A DNA stretch of 64,000 nt from the NCBI GenBank assembly GCA_041656935.1, contig JBBACQ010000005.1:1-64000 (forward strand), read 5' to 3'. Position 1 is the first letter of the stretch. Every line of letters starts with the position of its first letter. Source of the DNA: Patescibacteria group bacterium (GTDB lineage: Bacteria > Patescibacteriota > Patescibacteriia > Patescibacteriales > UBA12465). The position numbers and the translations under genes were made by a program. Shown here one piece after another: positions 18,939 to 28,754 of this stretch. Under the pieces are notes generated by a model. It saw nothing but the letters and a program-made list of their open reading frames with translations. It made no database searches and was not told where the DNA came from.

Positions 18939-19910
18939 TTAATCCTTTAATCTATTAGAAGAATGGATCTTCTTATGAATATCACGCAATTGTTTTTTGG
19001 TTACATGAGTATATATTTGAGTAGTAGCAATGTTGCGATGACCTAAAAATTCTTGAACTAAGCGTAAATCAACCCCTTGAGATAAAAGATCAGTAGCAAA
19101 AGAGTGTCTTAAAGTATGCGGAGTAGTGATAATTGGTAACCCCGCTATTTTTACATATTTTTTTACTATCTCATCAATACTTTTAACAGTTAATCTTCTA
19201 GACTGGCCGTTTTTTTGAGCTGGTTTCCAATAGTTTATAAATAAAGCTTCATCTAAATCAGTTCTCAAGTCTAAATATTTTTTTAACCAATGAACAGCTC
19301 TTTGCGAAAAATAAACAGTTCTTATTTTTTTACCTTTTCCAACTATAACTACTTCCAAGTCCTTAGTGTCATTATTAATCCTAAATTGTTCTCGATTTAG
19401 ATTAACTAATTCTTGAACCCGTAATCCAGTAGAGAAGAGGGTTTCTAACATTGCCCGATCTCTTAGTCCGGCTTTAGTTTTTATATCGGGAGACATTAAC
19501 AAATTTTCTACTTGAGTAATATTTAAAAAATTAACCTCTTTATCTCCAGTTACTTTAGCTAATTTTATTTTATTGGGTGGCAGGGAAGGGATATTTTTCT
19601 CAATAAAATACTCTAACATTGACCTTAGGGCTATTAAATAGAGGTTTTGGGTGACCTTTTTTAGCTCTGTTTTGGTCCTTAGGCTCTTATTTCTTGATAA
19701 ATACAGTCGATAACGCCAAATATGCTCATCTGATAGGGCGGAGGGGGTTAAATGCTCTAATTTATTAGATTTTAACCAAGCAAAAAAATCACCCAGAAAA
19801 CGAGAATAATTTTCCTGAGTTTTACTAGACAATCCTTTTTCAATTTCACAATAATTTATGAAATCAATCAGATGTTTAATTATTGGTTTAGTTTTAGAGG
19901 GAAGAGACAT
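18939..19910 (-). CDS. Tyrosine site-specific recombinase, XerC/XerD type
   Basis: The catalytic region contains GLRVQELVNL (Arg I), HTLRHSFATDLL (H-x-x-R) and LGHRNIATTQIYTHV (the Tyr nucleophile). Confidence 0.85.
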   Translation of the reverse strand: MSLPSKTKPIIKHLIDFINYCEIEKGLSSKTQENYSRFLGDFFAWLKSNKLEHLTPSALSDEHIWRYRLYLSRNKSLRTKTELKKVTQNLYLIALRSMLEYFIEKNIPSLPPNKIKLAKVTGDKEVNFLNITQVENLLMSPDIKTKAGLRDRAMLETLFSTGLRVQELVNLNREQFRINNDTKDLEVVIVGKGKKIRTVYFSQRAVHWLKKYLDLRTDLDEALFINYWKPAQKNGQSRRLTVKSIDEIVKKYVKIAGLPIITTPHTLRHSFATDLLSQGVDLRLVQEFLGHRNIATTQIYTHVTKKQLRDIHKKIHSSNRLKD

Positions 19911-20003
19911 AAAGAATAGAAGTTATTTGTTTTTTATAGGAATAGCGATGAATTAAGTTATATATCTTACTTCTTATTATGTATATTAATTAACCTACTA
20001 TCT

Positions 20004-20032
20004 ATAATAAATCATATTAGAGCTATTGTCAA
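20004..20032 (-). promoter_or_regulatory. Sigma70-like promoter for xerC/D-type recombinase gene
   Basis: Minus strand TTGACA (20032-20027), 17-nt spacer, TATTAT (20009-20004). Confidence 0.5.
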
Positions 20033-20446
20033 ACCTATAATATTAGTCTTCCTAAGGAGACCACCGTAGTTTAGCTTTAAGGCAGAAAGGGTCTCTCTTA
20101 TATCTAAGAGTTTTAAAATTTATAATAAGAGAGACTAAAAAGATATCTAAAAGGATTTAAATTTAGGACGGAAAGGGTCTAAACATACCCGAAAGGATTT
20201 AAATTTTATATAAAAAAGTCCAATAAAGACATCCTAAAGAGATATAATTTTAAGTTTCCGAAAACAAAAACAAAAAGTTAAAATTAGCTGATTAATAGAT
20301 AGTCAACCCCATGATACTTAATTCTGGAGTGAATAATAAAACAATTTTCAAAACTATTAAGAATATTCCGATGATTACTAAACAAAAAAGTAAAATAGCA
20401 ATAATAAATATAAATTTAAAAGCACCTTCTCCCATATTATATAAAA

Positions 20447-21379
20447 TTAATAATAAAATATTTTATCTTCATAACGTAAATCAATGTATTTCTTATCCTC
20501 TAATTTAGCGCCCAGTTCCCTTTTTAAGGTAAAAAATCTGGTAACCTGGTCTAAATAGTCGTTTTTTAGGTTAAAATAGAGCTCCAGGTCGTTTATAAGC
20601 TTAACTTTGATAGTATTATAGTCTTCATCTAGAACGATGTTCTTAAAGCCAAAACTAGTATTTTCACTAAGATCATTGTATAACTTAAGACCAAAGTTAA
20701 TATATTCAGGATCTAGTTTAATATTTTTTTTATCATCACTAACCCGAGCTAGACCGTTGTTTTCAAAAATTGGATAAAAATTTTCTTTTTTAAATTCTTC
20801 GTTTATATCTAAGCATTCTAAAATGGGTTCTTCTATAAAATCATCAGTGGTACTAGCCCCTTCTTCTGTTTCTGGGACAGCAGAACAATTCCATTTATAG
20901 TCTACCACATTTCCTAGATTATCAACCATATAATAAAAATTAGCTTCCGAGAAAATAAATGAAGTTTGACGTTCTTCAACGGTTATTATTAAAGATCTTT
21001 TAATTATCTTCTTATCAACCGAAATATTCATAAAATTTAACTCTGCCAAGGACTTAAGAAGCTTCTTTTCATTAAAAATAAAGACATTTTCCGAAGAAAA
21101 TAGAAGAAAAGAGTTGCTTTTTTGTTTTAAAACAATATTTTCTACAATTTCATAATTAGGAGAGCTTATCTGATTAATCTCAATTTTTTGAATATTAAAA
21201 AAGTTGGAAAAAAACAGAAAAATTAATACAAAAATTAAAAACGAAAGAAAAACTATACTAATCAAAACAAATTTAAAAGATCTCTTTCTTGGTGAGGTTT
21301 CAAAAGAGCTGGAAAAAGATTTTTTATTGCGTTGTAAAAAGGAATTATTTTTTATTTCATTTCTCATATAATTAAACAA
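20447..21379 (-). CDS. FtsQ/DivIB-like cell-division protein (POTRA-containing), tentative
   Basis: Single TM helix followed by FFNIQKIEINQISSPNYEIVENIV, which looks like a POTRA start. It overlaps alr by 8 nt. Confidence 0.5.
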   Translation of the reverse strand: MFNYMRNEIKNNSFLQRNKKSFSSSFETSPRKRSFKFVLISIVFLSFLIFVLIFLFFSNFFNIQKIEINQISSPNYEIVENIVLKQKSNSFLLFSSENVFIFNEKKLLKSLAELNFMNISVDKKIIKRSLIITVEERQTSFIFSEANFYYMVDNLGNVVDYKWNCSAVPETEEGASTTDDFIEEPILECLDINEEFKKENFYPIFENNGLARVSDDKKNIKLDPEYINFGLKLYNDLSENTSFGFKNIVLDEDYNTIKVKLINDLELYFNLKNDYLDQVTRFFTLKRELGAKLEDKKYIDLRYEDKIFYY

Positions 21380-22514
21380 TAACTCGTCTAATATTAGAAT
21401 TAAGTCCCGTTAAAATTTCATAGTTAATAATACCTGCAACTTGGCTCAAATTATCAATTGAATTTTCGAAATCCTTTATCTCTGATATAATTTTAACCTG
21501 GTCCCCTATTTTAATCTCATTATTTTGACAATCTAAACAACAAAGATTCATACAAACATTTCCGGCAATCTTGGCCCAAAAGATTTCCTTTTCTTTGCTG
21601 AACAAAAGTTTTGCACAGTTAGAAAACCTCCTATCTAAGCCTTCAAAATATCCAAAAGGAATTACGGCGATATTAGCACTTTTTTCAGCTATAAAACTAT
21701 GGGAGTAAGAAACTCTTTCTCCAGGGTTAATTTTATGGGTTTTAACAATAGTAGAAGAAACCCTAAGGGCTGGCTTTAAAGAGCTCGAAAAGGCCTCATA
21801 ATCACAACCGAAAGGATTGTAGCCATAAAAGGCTATTCCTGGTCTAAAAGCGTTGAAAACCTTATTTTTTAGCTTTAAAACACCATTAGAGTTGCCTAAA
21901 TGAATCCATTTAGGATAAATCTTGTTTTTATGTAATATCTCTAATCCCTCTAGAAAAAGTCTTTCTTGTTTTTGGGTAAAATCAGTTGAAATTTCACTAG
22001 TTTCAACTAGATGAGAACAAAAACCGGTGATCTGAACCTTATCTAAATACTTTTTATTATCTTTTATAAACTCTTCTAAATTATCAATTCCCTCTCGGTT
22101 CATTCCGGTATTTAAAAATAAATGAATTTTTATTTTTTGGCCAAATCTACTTAAAAATTTTAAAGTTTCTTGATTATAAACAATAAACTCACTTCTTTTT
22201 AATTTACAATATTTATAAACATCTTTGGGTAGTTCACTCAAAAATAATACTTCTCCCCGAAAGTTTTTATAAACTATTTGAGCCTCAGGGAAAGAATCAA
22301 TAGCTACCATTTTGACCGGAGTATAATTCAAAATTCGACTAACCTCTTTTAAACCATGTCCGTAAGCATTGGATTTTAAAACGGGAAACATTTCAGCTTG
22401 TTCCTGTAAAGAATAAAGATAATTTAAATTACTAATTAAATTATCTTTTATTATCTCAATAGTGTTTAACGATTGATATTTGGGTTTTATTATTTTTCTA
22501 ACCAAATCAAGCAT
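21372..22514 (-). CDS. alr: Alanine racemase
   Basis: PLP-lysine motif PVLKSNAYGHG. The ~380 aa size and the C-terminal beta-domain pattern (YEILTGL...R) fit. Confidence 0.85.
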   Translation of the reverse strand: MLDLVRKIIKPKYQSLNTIEIIKDNLISNLNYLYSLQEQAEMFPVLKSNAYGHGLKEVSRILNYTPVKMVAIDSFPEAQIVYKNFRGEVLFLSELPKDVYKYCKLKRSEFIVYNQETLKFLSRFGQKIKIHLFLNTGMNREGIDNLEEFIKDNKKYLDKVQITGFCSHLVETSEISTDFTQKQERLFLEGLEILHKNKIYPKWIHLGNSNGVLKLKNKVFNAFRPGIAFYGYNPFGCDYEAFSSSLKPALRVSSTIVKTHKINPGERVSYSHSFIAEKSANIAVIPFGYFEGLDRRFSNCAKLLFSKEKEIFWAKIAGNVCMNLCCLDCQNNEIKIGDQVKIISEIKDFENSIDNLSQVAGIINYEILTGLNSNIRRVIV

Positions 22515-22520
22515 AGATTA

Positions 22521-24389
22521 TTATCTAATATTTATAACCTTTCCCTTACCACTAGAAAGTTTATCGTTTATTAAATTAGTATTTATGTTTTCTAAACTTC
22601 CAGCTATTTCTTTATCAATAAAAATATCTTTAACAGTGAATTTTATATTTTCCAATAAATTAGGCATGGTTCCTAAATCTTTTTCATCGGGAATTAGAGT
22701 TATTTCAAAGTTAGCTCGATATTTATTACTGCCACCAGTGATAAGAGGAACCTCCCAGACTAGACGCTTCCCTATTTCTCCGTAAATAAGCTTTCCGTCT
22801 AAGACCCTTTTATTGTCAGAGAAATAAACATTTTCTGGCAATTCAGCTGTTAAAACAAAATTTTCTAAATTATTACCTAGATTATTAAACTCTAAAAACA
22901 CCCAATAATTAGTCGCCATATCAACGGCTGGTGGTAATGGCCCAACCCCTAATTGATCTCCTTGAGGGCTATAATAATAAGCTCCAGCAATAGTTGAAAC
23001 CTGAGAGATAACCTTATTCTTAGAGGAATTAAGAGTATATTTAGCAACTTGACCATCAATCTCATATTCTAAATCAATTCGTAAAGAGACCTCTTGATTG
23101 GGTAATAATTGCTTTCGAGAAAAAGAAGTTTCTACTGAAAAAGTTCCACTCTCATCTTCTAAGAGATCGTAAATAATTAAAGAATTATCTTGATGTTGGC
23201 TATTTTTTAAATTATCTAAAGTTGACCAAGAGTTTAAAGAAAAATTAGGATTAGCGGAGCTAATAGAAAATTTTAGATTTTTTATACTTTTGGCTTCTTG
23301 GTTATGATAATCAAAAGTGTAAATAATTTTTTCATTTTCGTTAATATCTTTTTTATCATTAGAAACATTTAAATTAAAATTTAATTTCCTAACATTATAA
23401 AAAAATTTTTCACCAAAAAAAGAGAAAATATTGTTGTGGAAATTTATAGCAAATTTAGGGGCTATTTCTATTTCTCCCTCTTTTTCAACTAGTGCTTTAA
23501 AATTAATCTCTTTATCGGTTCGACCATCTATTTTAGATAAAATTATTTCACCGTCTTTAATAGGAAGATCACTTCTTAGAATTTCAATATTTGGTCCTAA
23601 ATTTATCTGCACATCTGAAAAGGAAGAATTAGAATTATTCTTTACTATTAATTTGCCACTAAATTCCGATCCCAAGTAGATATTTTCATCAATCTGAGTA
23701 GCTATGTCTAGGGCTGATTTTTCGATATTATAATATAAGGAATTAGCTAAACCGTTTCGACCACATTGTTCACAATCGAAAACGAAGGCAATCATTTGGC
23801 TGTCATTTCTGTTTCCCCAAACGAAACCATTTATTTTTATCTTGCCAGTAGTTCCAGCTTCTAGGTCTCCTAAATTAAAAATCCCTAAATTAGAATCGAA
23901 TAAATTATTAGGAGATACTGACTCAATAATAAAATCTTCTGGTAAAGAAACTTTAACTGAACTTCCATCAACACTAGCATTGAGACGGTATTCTAACTCA
24001 AAAGAATTTAGAGAGCCCGAATAAATTTCTTGATTAACGCTATAAGCTGTTAAAAATATATCTTTTTTAATCTTGTCATTTGAAAATAAAAATATTAATA
24101 AGGCTAAAATTAAGATCAACAAAAAAGCATCAGCTACTAAGTGCCAAATATTTTTTTTGTAATATTCTTCATTTCTTCTTTTAAGCGGATTCAATAGCAA
24201 GTTAACATTCCCGACCACTAAGTTACCACTCTTTCTAACATTAACTCTTTCATGATCAATACTAACAGCATTGTCGTCGTTAGTATTTTCTACCACTAAC
24301 TGAGCCTCATTAGATTGACTTTTGACAGGATAAATATTTTCTAAGCTATTTTCTTCTTTGGAACAGAAGTCTTTTTTGTCTTTTTTCAT
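22521..24389 (-). CDS. Hypothetical membrane-anchored surface protein (622 aa)
   Basis: One TM helix (WHLVADAFLLILILALLIFLF), then a long beta-rich extracytoplasmic region with repeated Ig-like/DUF11-like segments. No catalytic motif recognised. Confidence 0.45.
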   Translation of the reverse strand: MKKDKKDFCSKEENSLENIYPVKSQSNEAQLVVENTNDDNAVSIDHERVNVRKSGNLVVGNVNLLLNPLKRRNEEYYKKNIWHLVADAFLLILILALLIFLFSNDKIKKDIFLTAYSVNQEIYSGSLNSFELEYRLNASVDGSSVKVSLPEDFIIESVSPNNLFDSNLGIFNLGDLEAGTTGKIKINGFVWGNRNDSQMIAFVFDCEQCGRNGLANSLYYNIEKSALDIATQIDENIYLGSEFSGKLIVKNNSNSSFSDVQINLGPNIEILRSDLPIKDGEIILSKIDGRTDKEINFKALVEKEGEIEIAPKFAINFHNNIFSFFGEKFFYNVRKLNFNLNVSNDKKDINENEKIIYTFDYHNQEAKSIKNLKFSISSANPNFSLNSWSTLDNLKNSQHQDNSLIIYDLLEDESGTFSVETSFSRKQLLPNQEVSLRIDLEYEIDGQVAKYTLNSSKNKVISQVSTIAGAYYYSPQGDQLGVGPLPPAVDMATNYWVFLEFNNLGNNLENFVLTAELPENVYFSDNKRVLDGKLIYGEIGKRLVWEVPLITGGSNKYRANFEITLIPDEKDLGTMPNLLENIKFTVKDIFIDKEIAGSLENINTNLINDKLSSGKGKVINIR

Positions 24390-24445
24390 ATTATTAATAT
24401 TATTTATATTATACTAGATTTAATGATAAAAATCAATTTAAAAAA

Positions 24446-26500
24446 CTAGAAACCAATTGTTCCGACTAAAATTTCACTAATGCCATTTCCATCAAGATCG
24501 TCAGTCATTACTCTTAAATTAGAAGAAAGAGTTGATTCGTAGGACATAAATGAATTCATAAAAACTCCATCTTTATTAAATATCTTAACCTCAGAAGATG
24601 ATCCGGAATTGGGAGAAGTAATTATTTCTTTTTGCCCATTTCCATTTATATCGCCAATAGTTAACGACACTCCCCCTCTAAAATTTTTATCATAGGCAAA
24701 AAAACCACCAATTAAAGGACGACCATCCTTATCAAAAACTCTAATATGAGGACCTCCACCAATACCAGCCCCAGTAATTATTTCTTGCGTTCCATCGCCA
24801 TTTAAATCCATAACTGCTACCTTAACACCGCCCCGAAAATTTTTGTCATAAGCGAAAAAACCACCAATCAAGGGTTTACCATCTTTATTAAAAACTCGAA
24901 CATGGGGACCACCACCCTGACCAGCTCCCGTAATAATCTCCTTACTGCCATCTCCGTCTAAGTCAGCTATAGCCATAGTAATTTCTCCGATAAAATAACC
25001 ATCATAGGGTTTAAATTCTTTTATTTTAGAGCCATCTTTATATATAGATATTATTCCCCTACTATTAACTAGAGTTTCCTCTTCGTTATCGTTATTAATA
25101 TCACTAATTATAATTTGAGAGTTGGCTGGATAACTATCAATGTAAGCGAAAAAACCGGAACGAACCTGTTTACCCGAATAATCAAAAATTCTAACGAAAT
25201 CACCATTATTAAAACTACTATTTTTTATAACACCATAACTAGAAGTACGTTTAAATAATATAATTCCATCATTAGGTTTAATTTTAATGTAATTAATAAT
25301 ACTACCATTATTAACACTCCGATCTTGAGTTCCGTTTATTTTTTCAAATTCTTCTTTATTGAAAATATATAGTTGTTCTTTGTTAGTAGAGTTTACAATA
25401 ACTATTCCTCTTTCAAAATCTCTTCGCCATAAACCACTCTTATAATTATAATTATTTCTATCTAATAAATTATAGGCACCGGATTGGGCCTTACCTAAAG
25501 AAACGTCATATTCATCATACCACCAAATCTGCCCATGATCAGAAACATCAAAGTCAAAAGAAAAATAACCATGATTTTCTAAAAGAGTGCTGGCTAAACC
25601 AAAACGCATTTTTTGATAATTTTGTCGATTGCTATTATAAGAATTAATAATACTAACATTGGGACTATTATTAGAATTTCTGATTCTAGAATAGGTTGAT
25701 ATAATTCCACCCCAATCGCCACTGCTTTCCCAGTCAGATGGGAACCCTTCAAACATAACGCCGTTTAAAAGACCTTGGTAGCCATCATAAACCTTGCCAT
25801 TGCCTAATATTATATAATTATTGCCTAATAATTCCCTGGTTTTTCTCAACATTTTTTTATTTCCTTCCGACCATTTATTATTAGTTTCAGAAATAGATTC
25901 AACCTCTCCATCATTATCAATATCAAAATCGCCTCGAACCCAACAAACATCTCCCCAAATATTATCATAAAAAACTCCGTCCCATAAACCGGTGGAGATA
26001 ATTTCATTTTTTATAAAATAAGGTAAATAATCATTCCATCTTTGACCGCTAGAATTTGTTTTGGCACCATCACTTAAATTTAATAAATAAGTTCCCGGCC
26101 AAAAACTAACCCGATTTCCATTTTTATCCTTTAACCACCAACCGCTATCAATATTATTAATTAATCTTTTTCTAAGAGTCGCATTTTGACTCCACTGACT
26201 AGAATAGATATCGGCATTGGCCTCTTGAGCAGTGATGTAGGCTAAAATTATAATATCAGGATTTAGTTCTTTAATTTTTCTTAGATTAGCCCGACTATTT
26301 TCTTGAACCTCCATATCTAAAACCAATAAATCCCATTTAGCTAATTCAGAAACTTCATAGTCAGCAATAGTCCACTTTAAAAAATAGTTCGCTACTTTAG
26401 GATAGGTGTTTTTCACGGTAAGCGAAGAACTTCTTTGAGGAAGAATAAAAAACAGAGATAAAATCAATAGTATTGTTATTTTTTTAGAGAGATTAATCAT
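24446..26500 (-). CDS. Secreted protein: N-terminal TIM-barrel glycoside-hydrolase-like domain plus C-terminal FG-GAP/VCBS repeats
   Basis: Signal peptide. The C-terminus has repeated units DLDGDGSKEIITGAGQGGGPHVRVFNKDGKPLIGGFFAYDKNFRGGV and DLNGDGTQEIITGAGIGGGPHIRVFDKDGRPLIGGFFAYDKNFRGGV (FG-GAP-like). The N-terminal hydrolase assignment is weak. Confidence 0.55.
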   Translation of the reverse strand: MINLSKKITILLILSLFFILPQRSSSLTVKNTYPKVANYFLKWTIADYEVSELAKWDLLVLDMEVQENSRANLRKIKELNPDIIILAYITAQEANADIYSSQWSQNATLRKRLINNIDSGWWLKDKNGNRVSFWPGTYLLNLSDGAKTNSSGQRWNDYLPYFIKNEIISTGLWDGVFYDNIWGDVCWVRGDFDIDNDGEVESISETNNKWSEGNKKMLRKTRELLGNNYIILGNGKVYDGYQGLLNGVMFEGFPSDWESSGDWGGIISTYSRIRNSNNSPNVSIINSYNSNRQNYQKMRFGLASTLLENHGYFSFDFDVSDHGQIWWYDEYDVSLGKAQSGAYNLLDRNNYNYKSGLWRRDFERGIVIVNSTNKEQLYIFNKEEFEKINGTQDRSVNNGSIINYIKIKPNDGIILFKRTSSYGVIKNSSFNNGDFVRIFDYSGKQVRSGFFAYIDSYPANSQIIISDINNDNEEETLVNSRGIISIYKDGSKIKEFKPYDGYFIGEITMAIADLDGDGSKEIITGAGQGGGPHVRVFNKDGKPLIGGFFAYDKNFRGGVKVAVMDLNGDGTQEIITGAGIGGGPHIRVFDKDGRPLIGGFFAYDKNFRGGVSLTIGDINGNGQKEIITSPNSGSSSEVKIFNKDGVFMNSFMSYESTLSSNLRVMTDDLDGNGISEILVGTIGF

Positions 26501-26561
26501 TTATTTAAATAATTTATTCTAATTATTTACAATAACATAAAAAGCTTAATTTGGCAATAGC

Positions 26562-27488
26562 TTAATATTTGATGTCTAAAACGCTTATTTCTGGAAAATT
26601 AAACAATCGTAAAGGTAAACCGACGGTTCCTATTCCTGGGGTTATGAATAGATCTATGTCAGCAATTTTATAGAATCCTTTATCAAAATTATGCTTAGTG
26701 GGAATGATATATTTATATAAAAAAGGAATTCGAATTTGACCAGCGTGAGTGTGCCCCGAAATCATTAAGTCTATTTTTTTATATTCATCTGCGGAAAAAT
26801 CTTTTATTTCATAAAGAGAGTCGGGATTATGAGTAATAAAAAATCTAAAATCAATCTCAGCACTAGAGTTATCTTTTTTCAAAATACTATAATCAGGGTT
26901 CCCTACCCAAATATCTTCAACCCCAATTAATTCTACTAAAGAATCATTGATGCTCACTATTTTAGTTTTATTATCAATCATTAAAATCCCTAGAGATTCT
27001 AAAACTGAAGATAAGTTTCGAGAAAAATGAGTTCCCTTCTTGCTGTAATCATGATTACCTAAAACAGCAACTTTAATAGCCCTAATATCTTTTAAAGCCT
27101 TGAAATTATTTTCTATCTCCTTTTCATCTATAAAATAAACAAAGTCTCCTGGAATTATAACTAAATCGGGTTCTAAATTATTAATTTTGGTTACTAATTT
27201 TTCAACCACTAAACTATTATTATAAACTCCTAAATGTAAATCAGAAAAAACAACAACCTTCAAGGTTTTACTATAATTTTTATTCTGCTCAAAATTATAA
27301 TTTTTTATTTTAAGATAATTTATTTCTACAAATCTAGCCCAAATTAAAAAAATAATTATTAAAATTAAAATAATTATTTCAATTAAACTTTTTTTGTTTT
27401 TAAATAATTGCCAAACCAAAAAAATTAGAATTGGAAAAAGTAAATAAAAACAATAATAGATTAGATAAAGTAAAATCTTTAAAAACAT
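26562..27488 (-). CDS. Membrane-anchored metallophosphoesterase (calcineurin-like)
   Basis: Motifs VVFSDLHLG, PGDFV, LGNHD and SGHTHAGQ. The start codon overlaps the serS stop by 1 nt (TAATG). Confidence 0.8.
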   Translation of the reverse strand: MFLKILLYLIYYCFYLLFPILIFLVWQLFKNKKSLIEIIILILIIIFLIWARFVEINYLKIKNYNFEQNKNYSKTLKVVVFSDLHLGVYNNSLVVEKLVTKINNLEPDLVIIPGDFVYFIDEKEIENNFKALKDIRAIKVAVLGNHDYSKKGTHFSRNLSSVLESLGILMIDNKTKIVSINDSLVELIGVEDIWVGNPDYSILKKDNSSAEIDFRFFITHNPDSLYEIKDFSADEYKKIDLMISGHTHAGQIRIPFLYKYIIPTKHNFDKGFYKIADIDLFITPGIGTVGLPLRLFNFPEISVLDIKY

Positions 27489-28741
27489 TATTTTCTTTTA
27501 ATTATAGATAAATCTGATGGTAAAAATTTTCGTAACGCCTCCGGAATTAAAACACTACCATCGGCCTGTTGGTTTTGCTCTAAAATAGCTGGAATTAAAC
27601 GAGAAGTCGCCAAGCCAGAAGCATTAAGTGTGTGCGGAAAATTAATTTTATTTTCCGAATCTTTAAAGCGAGTATTACTTCGACGAGTTTGATAATCTAA
27701 AGCATTAGAAACTGAACTAACCTCTTTATAAACATTCATACTTGGTAGCCAAACTTCCAAATCAGAAGTTTTAGCCATAGCCGAAGAACAATCGCCAGCC
27801 GATAAATCACTAATTTGAAAATGTAAATTTAAACCTTCTAGCAATTTCTTAATTTGTTCTAACATCTCTTTAAAAGTATCCCAAGAATTTTCTGGTTTGG
27901 TATATTGAAAAATTTCAATTTTATTAAATTGGTGTCCGCGAATCATTCCCCGCTCTTCTTGTCGATAGCTTCCAGCCTCCCTTCTAAAAGATGGAGCATA
28001 AGAAAAATATTTACAAGGAAGATCTTCCTCTTTAATAATTTCCTCACGATGATAATTGCCTAACATCATTTCGGCCGTAGCGTTTAAACATAATTTCTCT
28101 TTAGTCCAAAAAAGATCATCAGCGAATTTTGGTAAATGACCCGAGGCATAGGCTGAGGCCTCATTTAACAAAAACGGCATTAATAAAAAAGTGTAATTAT
28201 TTTTAATATGAAAATCAACAAAGTAATTGAGTAAGGCCCATTCTAAAAGAGCTCCCGCCCCCTTATAAATCCAAAAACCAGACCCTGACATCTTAACCGC
28301 TCTTTTATAATCAACTATATCTAAGCTTTCGGCTAATTCTACATGGTCCTTGCTCGCAAAATTAAAAACTGGTTTCTCGCCAAAAGTATAAACAACCTTA
28401 TTATTTTCTTTTCCACCAGCCAAAACTTCTTCCGCCACTATATTTGGTAGAGCTGAAATTAAATCTTTTAATTCTTCCTCTACTTTAGTTAATTTCTCTT
28501 CTAGCGATTTAATATTAGAGTCATTCTTTTTAATCTTTTCAATGGTGGCTTTATCTGGTTTAACTTTTGATAATTTATTTTTTTCGGCTTTTAACCCCTC
28601 TAATTCGGGAATAATTTTCTTTCTATTATCATCTAGTTTTATTATTTCGTCTAATTTTAAATCAGCCTTATCTCCTAAGCGTTTCTTTAAAGATTTTTCT
28701 ACCCAATCTTTTTCTTCTCTAATTTTTTTTATGTCTAACAT
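27488..28741 (-). CDS. serS: Seryl-tRNA synthetase
   Basis: N-terminal coiled-coil arm (MLDIKKIREE...). Class II core contains FRREAGS, RGHQFNKIE and the SGLATSR pattern. Confidence 0.9.
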   Translation of the reverse strand: MLDIKKIREEKDWVEKSLKKRLGDKADLKLDEIIKLDDNRKKIIPELEGLKAEKNKLSKVKPDKATIEKIKKNDSNIKSLEEKLTKVEEELKDLISALPNIVAEEVLAGGKENNKVVYTFGEKPVFNFASKDHVELAESLDIVDYKRAVKMSGSGFWIYKGAGALLEWALLNYFVDFHIKNNYTFLLMPFLLNEASAYASGHLPKFADDLFWTKEKLCLNATAEMMLGNYHREEIIKEEDLPCKYFSYAPSFRREAGSYRQEERGMIRGHQFNKIEIFQYTKPENSWDTFKEMLEQIKKLLEGLNLHFQISDLSAGDCSSAMAKTSDLEVWLPSMNVYKEVSSVSNALDYQTRRSNTRFKDSENKINFPHTLNASGLATSRLIPAILEQNQQADGSVLIPEALRKFLPSDLSIIKRK

Positions 28742-28754
28742 ATTTTTAAATTTA

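Noticed and set aside
18939-19910. The tyrosine recombinase as a marker of an integrated mobile element.
   Set aside because: It has XerC/XerD-type motifs and length. It is flanked by ordinary chromosomal genes (M23 peptidase and the ftsQ-like/alr operon). I saw no flanking direct repeats, excisionase, or phage or plasmid genes. A chromosome-dimer-resolution role is the simpler reading.
19981-20040. A possible dif-like Xer recombination site (TAATA-aatca-TATTA and similar AT palindromes) next to the xerC-type gene.
   Set aside because: These are only 5-bp AT-only arms in a very AT-rich spacer, so they are expected by chance. There is no resemblance to the 11-6-11 dif consensus that I can verify. 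The same bases are better explained by the -10/-35 promoter.
20311-20508. A 65-aa ORF in the long spacer upstream of the recombinase gene.
   Set aside because: The translation is Asn/Ile/Lys-rich. There is no SD. It overlaps the 3' end of the ftsQ-like gene on the opposite strand. It is most likely non-coding.
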